Part shown: positions 18,189 to 27,006 of the stretch, piece by piece | Layout: each line of letters opens with the position of its first letter | Position numbering within the stretch: position 1 is the stretch's first letter | Origin: an uncultured Collinsella sp. | GTDB lineage: Bacteria > Actinomycetota > Coriobacteriia > Coriobacteriales > Coriobacteriaceae | Length of the DNA stretch: 64,000 nt | Assembly: GCA_900545445.1 (NCBI GenBank) | Contig: UQZH01000003.1 | Span: forward strand, 9,638-73,637 | Reading direction: 5' to 3' | Program-made: the position numbers and the translations under genes | The notes under the pieces: model-generated | Databases searched by the model: none | Told to the model about the DNA's origin: nothing | What the model saw: the letters and a program-made list of their open reading frames with translations, nothing else

Positions 18189-21100
18189 ATGCCCACCACC
18201 TCAACCGACCCGCGCGCCGCTGCTGCCGCACTGCTGGTGCCCGGTACCATCTGCCACGGTTTTGCCGTCGAGCGCCGCGAGACCGTGCCCGAGCTCGACT
18301 CGGACGCCTACGTGCTGCGCCACACCGCATCGGGCGCTCGCCTGCTGTACCTGGCGTGCGACGACGAAAACAAGGCTTTTGCCATTGGCTTTAAGACGCC
18401 GCCGGCCGATTCCACCGGCGTGTTCCATATTCTTGAGCACTCGGTGCTGTGCGGATCGGCCAAGTTCCCCGTCAAGGAGCCGTTTGTCGACCTGATCAAG
18501 AGCTCCATGCAGACGTTCCTCAACGCCATGACCTACCCCGACAAGACCATCTACCCCGTTGCCACCACCAACGAGCAGGATCTGTACAACCTGATGGACG
18601 TGTACCTGGACGCGGTGTTCAACCCGGCCATCTATACCAAGCCCACCATTTTTGAGCAGGAGGGCTGGCACTACGAGTTGGACCTGCCGGAGGACGAGAG
18701 CTGCGAGGGCGACGCCCGCCCCCAGAACCTGCACGCGGGCACGCTGCGCTACAACGGCGTGGTGTTCAACGAGATGAAGGGCGCGCTGTCCGACCCCATG
18801 AGCGTGCTGGACGATGCCGTCAACGCCGCGCTCTACCCCGACACCGCCTATGCGCACGAAAGCGGCGGCGACCCGCGCGCGATTCCTGCGCTCACCTACG
18901 AGCAGTTCCTGGACACGCACGCACGTCACTACAATCCTTCCAACTCTTATATAACGCTCTACGGCGACCTGGATGTGGAGCGCGCGCTGGCGTTTTTGGA
19001 CGAGCGCTATCTGTCGCAGTCGAGCGCCGCGAGCCGCCGCATGGACGCCGCCGTTGCCGCCGGCGAGGATCCGTCCGCGCTGGCACCCAATCCGCTGGAC
19101 GTGCAGGCACCCGTGACCTGCGAGTATGAGCGCGTCGAGATGGCCACCACGCCCGAGAACGCCCTGGTGGGCCTGGGTCTTGTGCTGGGCAGCGCACTCG
19201 ACCGCAAGCGCACGATCGCGGCGGATATCCTGTTCGAGGCGCTGCTGGGCTCCAACGAAGCGCCGATTAAGAAGGCCATTCTGGCCGCCGGCCTGGGCGG
19301 CAACGTGGTGAGCTACACCGCGGCCGAGTGCCTGCAGCCCTACGAGCTCATCATGCTGCAAAACGCGCAGCCCGGCGTGGCGCGCGAGCTGCGCCGCGTG
19401 TTCCAGGACGCCTGCCGCGACCTGTGTGAGCACGGCGTTCCGCGCGAGCGCTTGGAAGCCATCATCAGCAGCAACGAGTACGATCTGCGCCAGCGCGACT
19501 ACGGTATCGCCGACGGCGTGGCCATTGCGTGCGACGCGCTGAGCACGTGGCTCTACGATGACGACGCCGCGACGCTGGCGCTCAAGTACGGCCCGGTGTA
19601 CGAGGAGCTGCGTGACGAGCTGGACGGCAGCTACTTTGAGGACCTGCTGCGCGAGCTGGTGCTGGAAAACGACCACATGGCGCTGGTCGAGCTGGTTCCG
19701 GTAGACGCCGCCGAGGGTGCGGAGGGTGCCGAAGCTGCCGAGCTGGCTGCCAAGCGCGACGCCATGACCGATGCCGAGCTGGCCGATGTGGTCGAGCGCA
19801 CGGCCGTACTGCGTGCCGCGCAGGAGGCGGAGGACACGCCCGAGGACAAGGCCACGCTACCGCGTCTGCGCGTGTCCGACATTGGCGAGGCGCGCCCCGA
19901 GCCGCCGCTGGTCGTGGACACGACCGCGCCCATCCCCTGTCTGCACCACGACATTCCCACCAACCGCCTGGCCTACGCCATGCAGTACTTCGACCTGAGC
20001 TGCGTCGCATTTGAGGACCTGCCCTATGTGACGCTGCTCTGCCGCCTGCTCAAGCAGCTGCCCACGCGCGAGCATTCGGCCGAGGAACTCGACAACCTGC
20101 TCGCCGGCAAGCTGGGCTTTTTGAGCTTTACGACCGAGGTCATGACGCAGCCCGACGTGGACGGCGTGCGCCCCTACCTGCTGGTGAGTGCCGGCGCCCT
20201 GTCCGAAAAGATCGACGCGCTGGCGAGCCTGCCGCGCGAGGTGTGGTCGAGCACGCTGTTGCTCGATGCCGACGCCGACCGCGTGCGCGACGTGCTCACG
20301 CAGATTCGCATTGGGCTTGAGCAAGGCTTTATCAACAACGGCCACTCGGCGGCGCTCGGTCGCGCGATGAGCTACAGCTCGCCTTCGGCCGTGGTTCGCG
20401 AGCAGCTTTCGGGCGTGGACTTCTACCTGTTCCTGCGCGATCTGCTCGAGCACTTTGACGAGCGCCTGGACGGCCTGCGCGCCAAGCTTGCCGAGCTGGC
20501 AGACCGCATCTTTGTGGCCGATGGCTGCCTGGCGAGCTTTACCGGCAGCGATGAGGACTTTGACGCGTACTGGGACGCCGCGGGCGACCTGGGGCTGGGC
20601 GCTGGCGACGGCGCTGGCAGCGGCACGCTCGTGGTGCCGACGCCGTGCGACCGTCACGAGGCGTTCGTCATCCCCAGCGACATCTGCTTTGCGGCGCGCG
20701 CGTGCGACCCGCGCCGCCTGGGCATCGACGTGACGGGCGCCTGGGCCGTGGCTGCCAACGCGCTCTCCTACGACTACCTGTGGAACGAGATCCGCGTGAA
20801 GGGCGGTGCGTACGGCTGCGGATTCCGCGCAGCCGGCGAGCGCCAGACGGCGTTCTACACCTACCGCGACCCGGCGGTCGATCCTTCGATTGAGCGCGTG
20901 GAACGCGCGGGCGCATGGCTCGGCAGCTTTGAGCCCGACGAGGCCGCCTTCGAGGGCTTTATCGTGAGCTGCGTGAGCGGCATGGACGCACCGGTGAAGC
21001 CGTACGCGCTCACCAAGCGCCGCAATACGACCTACCTGGCTGGGCTCGATCCGCACGCGCGCGAGGAGCGTCGCGCCCAGATGCTCGCCGCCACACCCGC

Positions 21101-21227
21101 TGAGCTGCGCTCGCTCGGCGCCGATGTGACGCGCATCGCAGCCGCATCGCCCATCTGCGTCTTTGGCGGCCGCGACGTCGTCGCCAAGAGCAACGCCGGC
21201 TTTAACGTCGTCGAACTGATGGGCTAA
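18189..21227 (+). CDS. M16-family (insulinase/PreP-like) zinc metallopeptidase
   Basis: HILEH inverted zinc-binding motif; ~1000-aa PreP-like length. AAGGAG RBS before the ATG at 18189; the ORF-track N-extension from 17907 overlaps repeats and has no RBS. Confidence 0.8.
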   Translation: MPTTSTDPRAAAAALLVPGTICHGFAVERRETVPELDSDAYVLRHTASGARLLYLACDDENKAFAIGFKTPPADSTGVFHILEHSVLCGSAKFPVKEPFVDLIKSSMQTFLNAMTYPDKTIYPVATTNEQDLYNLMDVYLDAVFNPAIYTKPTIFEQEGWHYELDLPEDESCEGDARPQNLHAGTLRYNGVVFNEMKGALSDPMSVLDDAVNAALYPDTAYAHESGGDPRAIPALTYEQFLDTHARHYNPSNSYITLYGDLDVERALAFLDERYLSQSSAASRRMDAAVAAGEDPSALAPNPLDVQAPVTCEYERVEMATTPENALVGLGLVLGSALDRKRTIAADILFEALLGSNEAPIKKAILAAGLGGNVVSYTAAECLQPYELIMLQNAQPGVARELRRVFQDACRDLCEHGVPRERLEAIISSNEYDLRQRDYGIADGVAIACDALSTWLYDDDAATLALKYGPVYEELRDELDGSYFEDLLRELVLENDHMALVELVPVDAAEGAEGAEAAELAAKRDAMTDAELADVVERTAVLRAAQEAEDTPEDKATLPRLRVSDIGEARPEPPLVVDTTAPIPCLHHDIPTNRLAYAMQYFDLSCVAFEDLPYVTLLCRLLKQLPTREHSAEELDNLLAGKLGFLSFTTEVMTQPDVDGVRPYLLVSAGALSEKIDALASLPREVWSSTLLLDADADRVRDVLTQIRIGLEQGFINNGHSAALGRAMSYSSPSAVVREQLSGVDFYLFLRDLLEHFDERLDGLRAKLAELADRIFVADGCLASFTGSDEDFDAYWDAAGDLGLGAGDGAGSGTLVVPTPCDRHEAFVIPSDICFAARACDPRRLGIDVTGAWAVAANALSYDYLWNEIRVKGGAYGCGFRAAGERQTAFYTYRDPAVDPSIERVERAGAWLGSFEPDEAAFEGFIVSCVSGMDAPVKPYALTKRRNTTYLAGLDPHAREERRAQMLAATPAELRSLGADVTRIAAASPICVFGGRDVVAKSNAGFNVVELMG

Positions 21228-21236
21228 CGCACAGCA

Positions 21237-21280
21237 AAGGTAGATTTTTGGGACATGCCTAAAAATCTACCTTTTCTTTT
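21237..21280. terminator. Terminator hairpin AAGGTAGATTTTT-GGGACATGCCT-AAAAATCTACCTT plus T-run
   Basis: Perfect 13-bp stem 10 nt after the peptidase stop. The core AGGCATGTCCCAAAAATCTAC recurs (rev-comp) at 25543-25573. Confidence 0.65.
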
Positions 21281-21296
21281 GCCGCAGTCTGCCGGT

Positions 21297-21439
21297 TTGT
21301 CTCGATCTGTAACGCTAGGACGGCAATATTGGCTCCAGATGTTACAAATCGAGACGTTTTCGGATGACGCCGGCCCTTTGTCTCAATCTGTAACATCTAA
21401 GTCCAATTTTGCCGAGTTACTGTTACAGATCGAGACAAA
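21297..21439. repeat. Four copies of the 17-bp box TTGTCTCGATCTGTAAC in alternating orientation (two consecutive 17-bp-arm inverted repeats)
   Basis: Boxes at 21297-21313 (+), 21341-21356 (-), 21377-21394 (+) and 21422-21439 (-), upstream of hicAB. Confidence 0.7.
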
Positions 21440-21563
21440 CCGCCGCAGACACCCGCCCCACCAGCAAAACCCCCACGAAGGGGCAGGTGCCTTTGCGTTG
21501 GTTCGAACACTTGTTCTATACGTACACATGTTCTATAGTAGGGGTGCTTGCATCGGACTTAAA

Positions 21564-21586
21564 TTGCAACTAAGATATAGTTGCAG
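21564..21586. promoter_or_regulatory. Palindrome TTGCAACT-N7-AGTTGCA in the hicA promoter region (candidate HicB operator)
   Basis: Seen directly ~15-35 nt upstream of the hicA ATG. A GTTCTATA direct repeat lies nearby. Confidence 0.45.
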
Positions 21587-21599
21587 AATGTGAGGCGGG

Positions 21600-21863
21600 A
21601 TGACTCGGACCGATAAACTCATCGCCCAGCTGCTTAGCTGCCCTTCGACGTATCGGTATACCGATTTTTTAAAAGTCATGGCTTCATATGGCTTTGAAAT
21701 GGACAACAAAGGCAAGACATCCGGATCGCGCGTTCGCCTCTACAGGCCATCGGATGGCAGGATGTTCGTAATGCACGCGCCACATCCATCTGACGAATTG
21801 ACAGCGGGGACCATTCGAAACATCGTTCGATTTCTGCAAGATGTCGGAGGTAGTCATGAGTAA
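21600..21863 (+). CDS. hicA: Type II toxin-antitoxin system HicA-family toxin
   Basis: YcfA/HicA pattern ...KGKTSGSRVRLYRPSDGRMFVMHAPHPSDELTAGTIRNIVRFL. Followed by an overlapping hicB. Confidence 0.75.
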   Translation: MTRTDKLIAQLLSCPSTYRYTDFLKVMASYGFEMDNKGKTSGSRVRLYRPSDGRMFVMHAPHPSDELTAGTIRNIVRFLQDVGGSHE

Positions 21864-22185
21864 CGTTTTGGCATACAAGGGTTATTTCGCCCCAGTCGAG
21901 TTCGATGCCGAACAGCATGTGCTCACAGGTATGGTCACCGGCATTAGGGACGCAATCGTATTTGAAGGCTCCACGGTTGAAGAAGTGGAGCAATGCTTCC
22001 ACGACGCCGTCGACGATTACCTTGAGTTTTGCGCCGAGAAGGGCAAGGAACCCGAGCGAGCTTTTAAGGGCTCGTTCAACGTAAGAACGGGCTCTGAGCT
22101 CCACAAGCAAGCAGCGCTGGCAGCGGTAAAGAAGGGTGAGTCACTCAATAAGTTTGTGACTGAAGCAATCGCTGCGGCGTTATAG
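21856..22185 (+). CDS. hicB: Type II TA system HicB-family antitoxin
   Basis: Classic HicB blocks YKGYFAPVEFD...GSTVEEVEQCFHDAVDDYLEFCAEKGKEPE...SLNKFVTEAI. The ATG overlaps the hicA stop (ATGAGTAA). Confidence 0.8.
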   Translation: MSNVLAYKGYFAPVEFDAEQHVLTGMVTGIRDAIVFEGSTVEEVEQCFHDAVDDYLEFCAEKGKEPERAFKGSFNVRTGSELHKQAALAAVKKGESLNKFVTEAIAAAL

Positions 22186-22264
22186 CATTAACGCATAGGC
22201 CCAAACAACCACAAAGGGCGCAGTTCACAGGCATATTTGCGGTGGCTTTACTGCCCATATCGCG

Positions 22265-22316
22265 TTTGCCCAGATAAAACCTGCCAAAATAAACCTGTCC
22301 CTTTTTGGCAGGTTTG
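22265..22316. repeat. REP-like ~50-bp palindromic intergenic repeat, copy 1 (TTTGCCCAGATAAAACCTGCCAAAATAAACCTGTCCCTTTTTGGCAGG)
   Basis: Same element at 31998-32048 (rev), 33955-33998 (rev) and 41298-41333 (partial). It generates the spurious GQVYFGRFYLG peptides in the ORF track. Confidence 0.6.
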
Positions 22317-22331
22317 CTAGAGGAGGCTGGG

Positions 22332-22928
22332 ATGGACAAGGCTGAGTTGCGACGGGCGATGATTGCTCGGCGCGATGCTCTTGATTTAGATGTGCGGGCG
22401 GCGAAGTCTGCCGTTATCTGTGCGCGGCTGGTTGAGCTGTTGGATCGCTCGGATGCCGCGGCGCCGCACACCGTTGCCGTCTATGCCGCGATGGGTTCCG
22501 AAGTCGATCCTGCCGCGTTTGCCGCAGCGGCCGCCAAACGCGGCTGGCGCGTGGCCTATCCGTGCATGTTCTCGGCAATTGATGCCGCAGCTTGTGGCCA
22601 GCGCATGTGCATGCGGGCAGTTGCCGCCGACGATGCGTCCGCGGCACCGTTTATCGCCCACCCCACGCGGGTCTTTGCGGCCGTGGACATCGACAACGAC
22701 CGCTTCCCTATCGTGCCTGCCGAAGCTCTCGACATGGTCGTCGTGCCGCTCGTAGCCTTCGACCGCGCCGGCGCGCGCCTGGGCTACGGCGGCGGCTGCT
22801 ATGATCGCTACCTGCCCACGCTCTCGCCCGCATGTCAAATCATCGGCATCGCCTTTGACGAGCAGCGTGTCGACCACGTTCCCACCGACGCCCACGACCT
22901 GCCGCTACTCCACATCATCAGCGCCTGA
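22332..22928 (+). CDS. 5-formyltetrahydrofolate cyclo-ligase
   Basis: C-terminal GYGGGCYDRYL motif and ~200-aa size typical of the 5-FCL/MTHFS family. GAGGAGG RBS. Confidence 0.8.
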   Translation: MDKAELRRAMIARRDALDLDVRAAKSAVICARLVELLDRSDAAAPHTVAVYAAMGSEVDPAAFAAAAAKRGWRVAYPCMFSAIDAAACGQRMCMRAVAADDASAAPFIAHPTRVFAAVDIDNDRFPIVPAEALDMVVVPLVAFDRAGARLGYGGGCYDRYLPTLSPACQIIGIAFDEQRVDHVPTDAHDLPLLHIISA

Positions 22929-22952
22929 TCGCCGCCGTATCGCACCCGCAAG

Positions 22953-23072
22953 ATGAGCGTGGAAAATCTCCCACTTTGAGCCCCTTACGAGCCAAAAGTG
23001 GGAGATTATCCACGCTCAACCATTGCGCGTCCAGATTTCCACGCTCGTCCGTCCGGATTTCCACGCTCGTGC
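22953..23072. repeat. Direct repeat DR-A (~120 bp): 24-bp-arm palindrome GAGCGTGGAWAATCTCCC..TTTG/CAAAAGTGGGAGATTATCCACGCTC followed by 2x GTCCRRAWWTCCACGCTCGT
   Basis: Seen directly. ~85% identical to DR-B at 24353-24472, same orientation. The TCCACGCTC box occurs four times (1 inverted, 3 direct). Confidence 0.7.
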
Positions 23073-23094
23073 GGCTCAACGTCCTGCAACCGCC

Positions 23095-24057
23095 TCAACA
23101 CGCACGCGGCACGCCGGCGACCCTGAGCTTGCGATCGAGCTTTGTCGGATCCCTTAGATCATCCCAGCACAAGCGCACGATCTTGCAGTTATCAAGCAGC
23201 GAAAGCCTCGACTCGCGCTGGCGCTCATCAAACTGCGCCTTCGCGAGCTTGCCCTCCTCCGCCGCCTTCTCGCTTTTAACGAATCCGTCGAACTCCCCGA
23301 TAATCAGCCGGTCGCCCACACGCCACAAGTAGTCAACGCGATACGGCCGCCCCGGCTCAACCGGGTCGAACAGCTCAACTTGCAGCTCCGGCGTCTGCCA
23401 GCCGCGCTCGATCATCAGGGCGCGCGCCTTGGACTCGCCGCCGCTTTCTGACAGGCCATCGGCATACCGCGCAACACTTCGCGCCGTCACAACACCGCGA
23501 CGATTTAAGCCAAGCTTGTTGATTGCCTCAACGAGATGCTCCTTCGACAACAGCTGCTCATGAAGCGCCGAGTCCGCAATGATCAGTCCCTCGACAAACG
23601 ACGCATCGACCAGGCAATCCGTAATCGTTTGATCGATATCGGTCACGGCAATATCCATCTGGATTGCCCGTGTTTGACGAGCATAACGATGGCGAATCAC
23701 CTGAGAGCCGGGCGTCGTCGATTGCGCCGGCGCCGCGGCGATATGGATGTGCGTCAAATTGGCATGCGAAACCGAAAGACCATAGATAACAGCCGCCGTA
23801 TAGGAGCAAAACGTCCAGTCGGGATGCTTTTGCGCAAGGGCCCGCACCCGATGCAGATAACGCTGCCGAAACTTGAGCTCGGACCAATAATCCGGACGCG
23901 CATACAGCCCCGGCATGACCGCCTCTAGACTTCCCGCCGCCACCCGCCGCTCAATCTGCTTTGCCTCCGCCGTCGTGCGTGCGTACACGCAGCTCATCTG
24001 CTGTTCGCATGCTTTAATGTGACTTGTAAGCCTTTGATTCGCCGTCATGTTTCCCAT
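23095..24057 (-). CDS. AbiEi_4-like wHTH + DUF559 (Vsr-like endonuclease fold) domain protein
   Basis: N-terminal ...CVYARTTAEAKQIERRVAAGSLEAVMPGLYARPDYW pattern of AbiEi-type HTH. C-terminal VDYLWRV...IIGEFDGFVKSE...VRLCWDDL matches the DUF559/Vsr-like fold. GGGAGG RBS at MGNMTANQ. Confidence 0.65.
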   Translation of the reverse strand: MGNMTANQRLTSHIKACEQQMSCVYARTTAEAKQIERRVAAGSLEAVMPGLYARPDYWSELKFRQRYLHRVRALAQKHPDWTFCSYTAAVIYGLSVSHANLTHIHIAAAPAQSTTPGSQVIRHRYARQTRAIQMDIAVTDIDQTITDCLVDASFVEGLIIADSALHEQLLSKEHLVEAINKLGLNRRGVVTARSVARYADGLSESGGESKARALMIERGWQTPELQVELFDPVEPGRPYRVDYLWRVGDRLIIGEFDGFVKSEKAAEEGKLAKAQFDERQRESRLSLLDNCKIVRLCWDDLRDPTKLDRKLRVAGVPRAC

Positions 24058-24352
24058 GTCGCCTCCCAACTCTTGGAACGGCGCAAACGTACCAGACGGT
24101 TTCATGCGAAGTCTGACCAAATGCTGTCCAGGCGCTGACCAAATGCTTGACGGCTTTGGACGTTTTAGACTGATGACTTATATCTGCAGGTAGGGTGGTT
24201 GTCGAGAGGTCCCCGTCTCCATAATTTGGCGCCTTGGTCCATCGGATTATCAGAAAGAAAAACCCGTCGAGATTCAAGACCACGCCAAATGCGACTTTGC
24301 CTCTGCACGCACCGTCTCTTAGCCGAGCCATCGGCATCTACATGCCTAAAAA

Positions 24353-24472
24353 ATGAGCGTGGATAATCTCCCGTTTTGAGCCTAGTTTCAAGCCAAAAGT
24401 GGGAGATTATCCACGCTCGATTTGTAAACGTCCGAAAATCCACGCTCGTGTGTCCGAAAATCCACGCTCGTC
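24353..24472. repeat. Direct repeat DR-B (partner of DR-A)
   Basis: Same palindrome + triple-box architecture; lies between the DUF559 gene start and the metA stop. Confidence 0.7.
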
Positions 24473-24512
24473 ATGCCGTGAGCACAGCCACAGTCGCAGC
24501 CACGGCCGCAGC

Positions 24513-25439
24513 CTAGTGCTCCTCGCCGGCGCGGGCCAGGTCGTAGGGCGTGGTCTGGTAGACGTAGTAGTTGAGCCAGTTGGTGTAGAGCAACTGAGCC
24601 TGGCTGCGCCAGACGTTGCGCGGCTCGACGGTGGGGTCGTCACCTGGGAAGTAATGCGCCGGCACCTGAGGGTTGAGCCCGCGCTTCACGTCGCGCTCGT
24701 ACTCCAGACGCAGCGTGTCGGTATCGTACTCGGGATGGCCAAAGACAAAGAAGCGGCGGCTGTCGGTCGACTTGACGATGTACAGGCCCACCTCGTCGGA
24801 CACGGCCACGACCTCAAGCTGAGGCTCGGCCTCCACGTCCTCGCGGCGCACATCGGTGTTGCGCGAATGCACGGCATAGAAACGGTCGTCGAAGCCGCGA
24901 ACCAGCGGGCTTTGCGGCTTCACCAGATGATGCTCGAACACGCCGCTCGCCTTTGTCGACAGGTCGTACTTCTGAATACCGTAGTGGTGATACAGGCCCG
25001 CCTGCGCGCCCCAACAAATGTGCAGCGTAGAGTGCACGTGCGTGGTGGACCAATCCATGATCTGGCAGAGCTCGGGCCAGTAGTCAACCTCCTCGAACGG
25101 CATCTGCTCCACCGGCGCGCCCGTGATGATCAGGCCGTCGTAGTGGATGTCGCGGATGTCGTCGAACGTGCGGTAGAACGTCTCCAGGTGGCCAGCGCTC
25201 ACGTGCGTGGCCTCGTGCGTCTTGGTGCGCAGCAGGTCCACCTCCACCTGTAGCGGCGTGTTGGAGAGCTTGCGCATGATCTGCGTCTCGGTGGCGATCT
25301 TGGTGGGCATGAGGTTGAGGATGAGCACGCGCAGCGGGCGGATGTCCTGGTGCAGCGCGCGGTACTCGGTCATGACAAAGATGTTCTCGCTCTCGAGCTG
25401 CGCGGCGGCAGGGAGGGCGTCGGGAATGCGAATGGGCAT
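24513..25439 (-). CDS. metA: Homoserine O-acyltransferase (MetA family)
   Basis: Full-length similarity to MetA/HTS (ILNLMP, ITGAPVE, CWGAQA, FGHPEYD blocks). Confidence 0.85.
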   Translation of the reverse strand: MPIRIPDALPAAAQLESENIFVMTEYRALHQDIRPLRVLILNLMPTKIATETQIMRKLSNTPLQVEVDLLRTKTHEATHVSAGHLETFYRTFDDIRDIHYDGLIITGAPVEQMPFEEVDYWPELCQIMDWSTTHVHSTLHICWGAQAGLYHHYGIQKYDLSTKASGVFEHHLVKPQSPLVRGFDDRFYAVHSRNTDVRREDVEAEPQLEVVAVSDEVGLYIVKSTDSRRFFVFGHPEYDTDTLRLEYERDVKRGLNPQVPAHYFPGDDPTVEPRNVWRSQAQLLYTNWLNYYVYQTTPYDLARAGEEH

Positions 25440-25650
25440 GGATGCTCCTTACGAGTCAGTTGCAGCTATGGTACAACGAGCAGCCCTATCCGCGCGAGCA
25501 CATCGCCCAGCGATGCCGTCAGCGGCCCAAATCACTCCAAAAGTAGAGATTAAGGCATGTCCCAAAAATCTACGGCGCTTTAGTCTAGCAAAGTGACGGC
25601 AGGACGCTACAATGGTTCGACGCAAAAAACTCGGCCGGAAGGATACTCGT

Positions 25651-26628
25651 ATGTACCAGACGCGTAAGATCGGTGTGGTCGGCCAGGGCCACGTAGGAGC
25701 ACATGTCGCCAACAGCCTGCTCATGCAGGGCATTGCCGACGAGCTGTACCTGTGCGATATCAACGAGGCCAAGGTGACTTCCGAGGTCCAGGACCTGCGC
25801 GACTCCCTTTCGTTTGTCCCGTACAACACCAAGATCGTCAACTGCTACGACCACTACGAGGAGCTGGCCTGTTGCGACGTCATCGTCAACGCTGCCGGTA
25901 AGGTCGCGCTGGCCGCCGGCAACCGCGACGGCGAGCTGTTCTTTACCACCGACGCCGCCCGCACCTTTGCCAAGCGCATCGTCGACGCCGGCTTCGACGG
26001 CATCTTTGTGAGCATCTCCAACCCCTGCGACGTCGTGTGCACCGAGCTGTGGCACCTGACCGGCTACGATCCCAAGAAGATCATCGGCTCGGGCTGCGGC
26101 CTGGACTCCGCCCGCCTGCGCACCGAGATCTCCAAGAAGGTCGGCGTGAGCCCCAAGTCCATCGACGCCTACATGATCGGCGAGCACGGCTTTAGCCAGC
26201 TGGCTGCCTTTAAGGCCGCGACCATCGCCGGCAAGAGCCTCAACGAGCTCCAGGCCGAGAACCCCGACAAGTACGCCTTTGACCACATGGAGGTCGAGGA
26301 GCTTGCACGCAAGGGCGGCTACGTAACCTACCAGGGCAAGCAGTGCACCGAGTACGCCGTCGCCAACTCCGCCGCGCGCGTCTGCGCTGCCATTCTGCAC
26401 AACGAGCACGCTGTGCTTTCGGCCTCTACGCTTATGACCGGCCAGTATGGCGAAGAGGGCATCTTCACGTCCTTACCGTGCGTGATCGGCGCCGAGGGCG
26501 TCGAGGAGGTCTACACGCTCGACCTGTCCGAGTACGAGCTCGAGGGCTTCCACAAGAGCTGCCAGCACATCCGCGACAACATCGCCCAGCTCGACTGGTG
26601 GGACGCCGAGGCCTACGACGCAAAGTAG
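25651..26628 (+). CDS. ldh: L-lactate/2-hydroxyacid dehydrogenase (LDH/MDH family)
   Basis: Rossmann motif KIGVVGQGHVGA and catalytic region IGEHG. GGAAGGA RBS. Confidence 0.8.
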   Translation: MYQTRKIGVVGQGHVGAHVANSLLMQGIADELYLCDINEAKVTSEVQDLRDSLSFVPYNTKIVNCYDHYEELACCDVIVNAAGKVALAAGNRDGELFFTTDAARTFAKRIVDAGFDGIFVSISNPCDVVCTELWHLTGYDPKKIIGSGCGLDSARLRTEISKKVGVSPKSIDAYMIGEHGFSQLAAFKAATIAGKSLNELQAENPDKYAFDHMEVEELARKGGYVTYQGKQCTEYAVANSAARVCAAILHNEHAVLSASTLMTGQYGEEGIFTSLPCVIGAEGVEEVYTLDLSEYELEGFHKSCQHIRDNIAQLDWWDAEAYDAK

Positions 26629-26670
26629 GCCGCTGGCTGCCGCAACCTTGCGAATCGAAGCGCGATACCA

Positions 26671-26711
26671 AGCGGACCGCGCCGGAAATCCCCGGCGCGG
26701 CCCGCTTTTTT
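26671..26711. terminator. Strong rho-independent terminator GCGGACCGCGCCGG-AAATCC-CCGGCGCGGCCCGC + TTTTTT
   Basis: 14-bp GC stem with a T6 run after the ldh stop. Confidence 0.75.
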
Positions 26712-26735
26712 GACTCACGCAGTGCCCTTGCGAAT

Positions 26736-26917
26736 CGAAGGTGAATACTTTTCCGCGAAGTGAACGAGTAAAAACGAGCCCCCGAAGCATCGACACTTTT
26801 CAGACGCCGTTTCCTGCGGTTTCGTCGAGTTTTTCCTGCGGTTTTGCCGCAAAAAAGCGTGGATGCTTCGGGGATCCAAAATAGGTCGTTCACTTCGCGG
26901 AAAAGTATTCACCTTCG
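26736..26917. repeat. Nested perfect inverted repeat: 32-bp arms CGAAGGTGAATACTTTTCCGCGAAGTGAACGA enclosing a 12-bp-stem inner hairpin and a TTCCTGCGGTTT direct repeat (MITE-like)
   Basis: Seen directly. Arms at 26736-26767 and 26886-26917. CCTTGCGAATCGAAG is also directly repeated at 26647 and 26727. Confidence 0.7.
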
Positions 26918-27006
26918 TTTTCGCGCAGACACGAATCCGGCCGCCACAACGCAAAACGGGGCCCGCGCACAGCGTAGACCCCGTCAAAAAAGATAATTCC
27001 CGGTAC

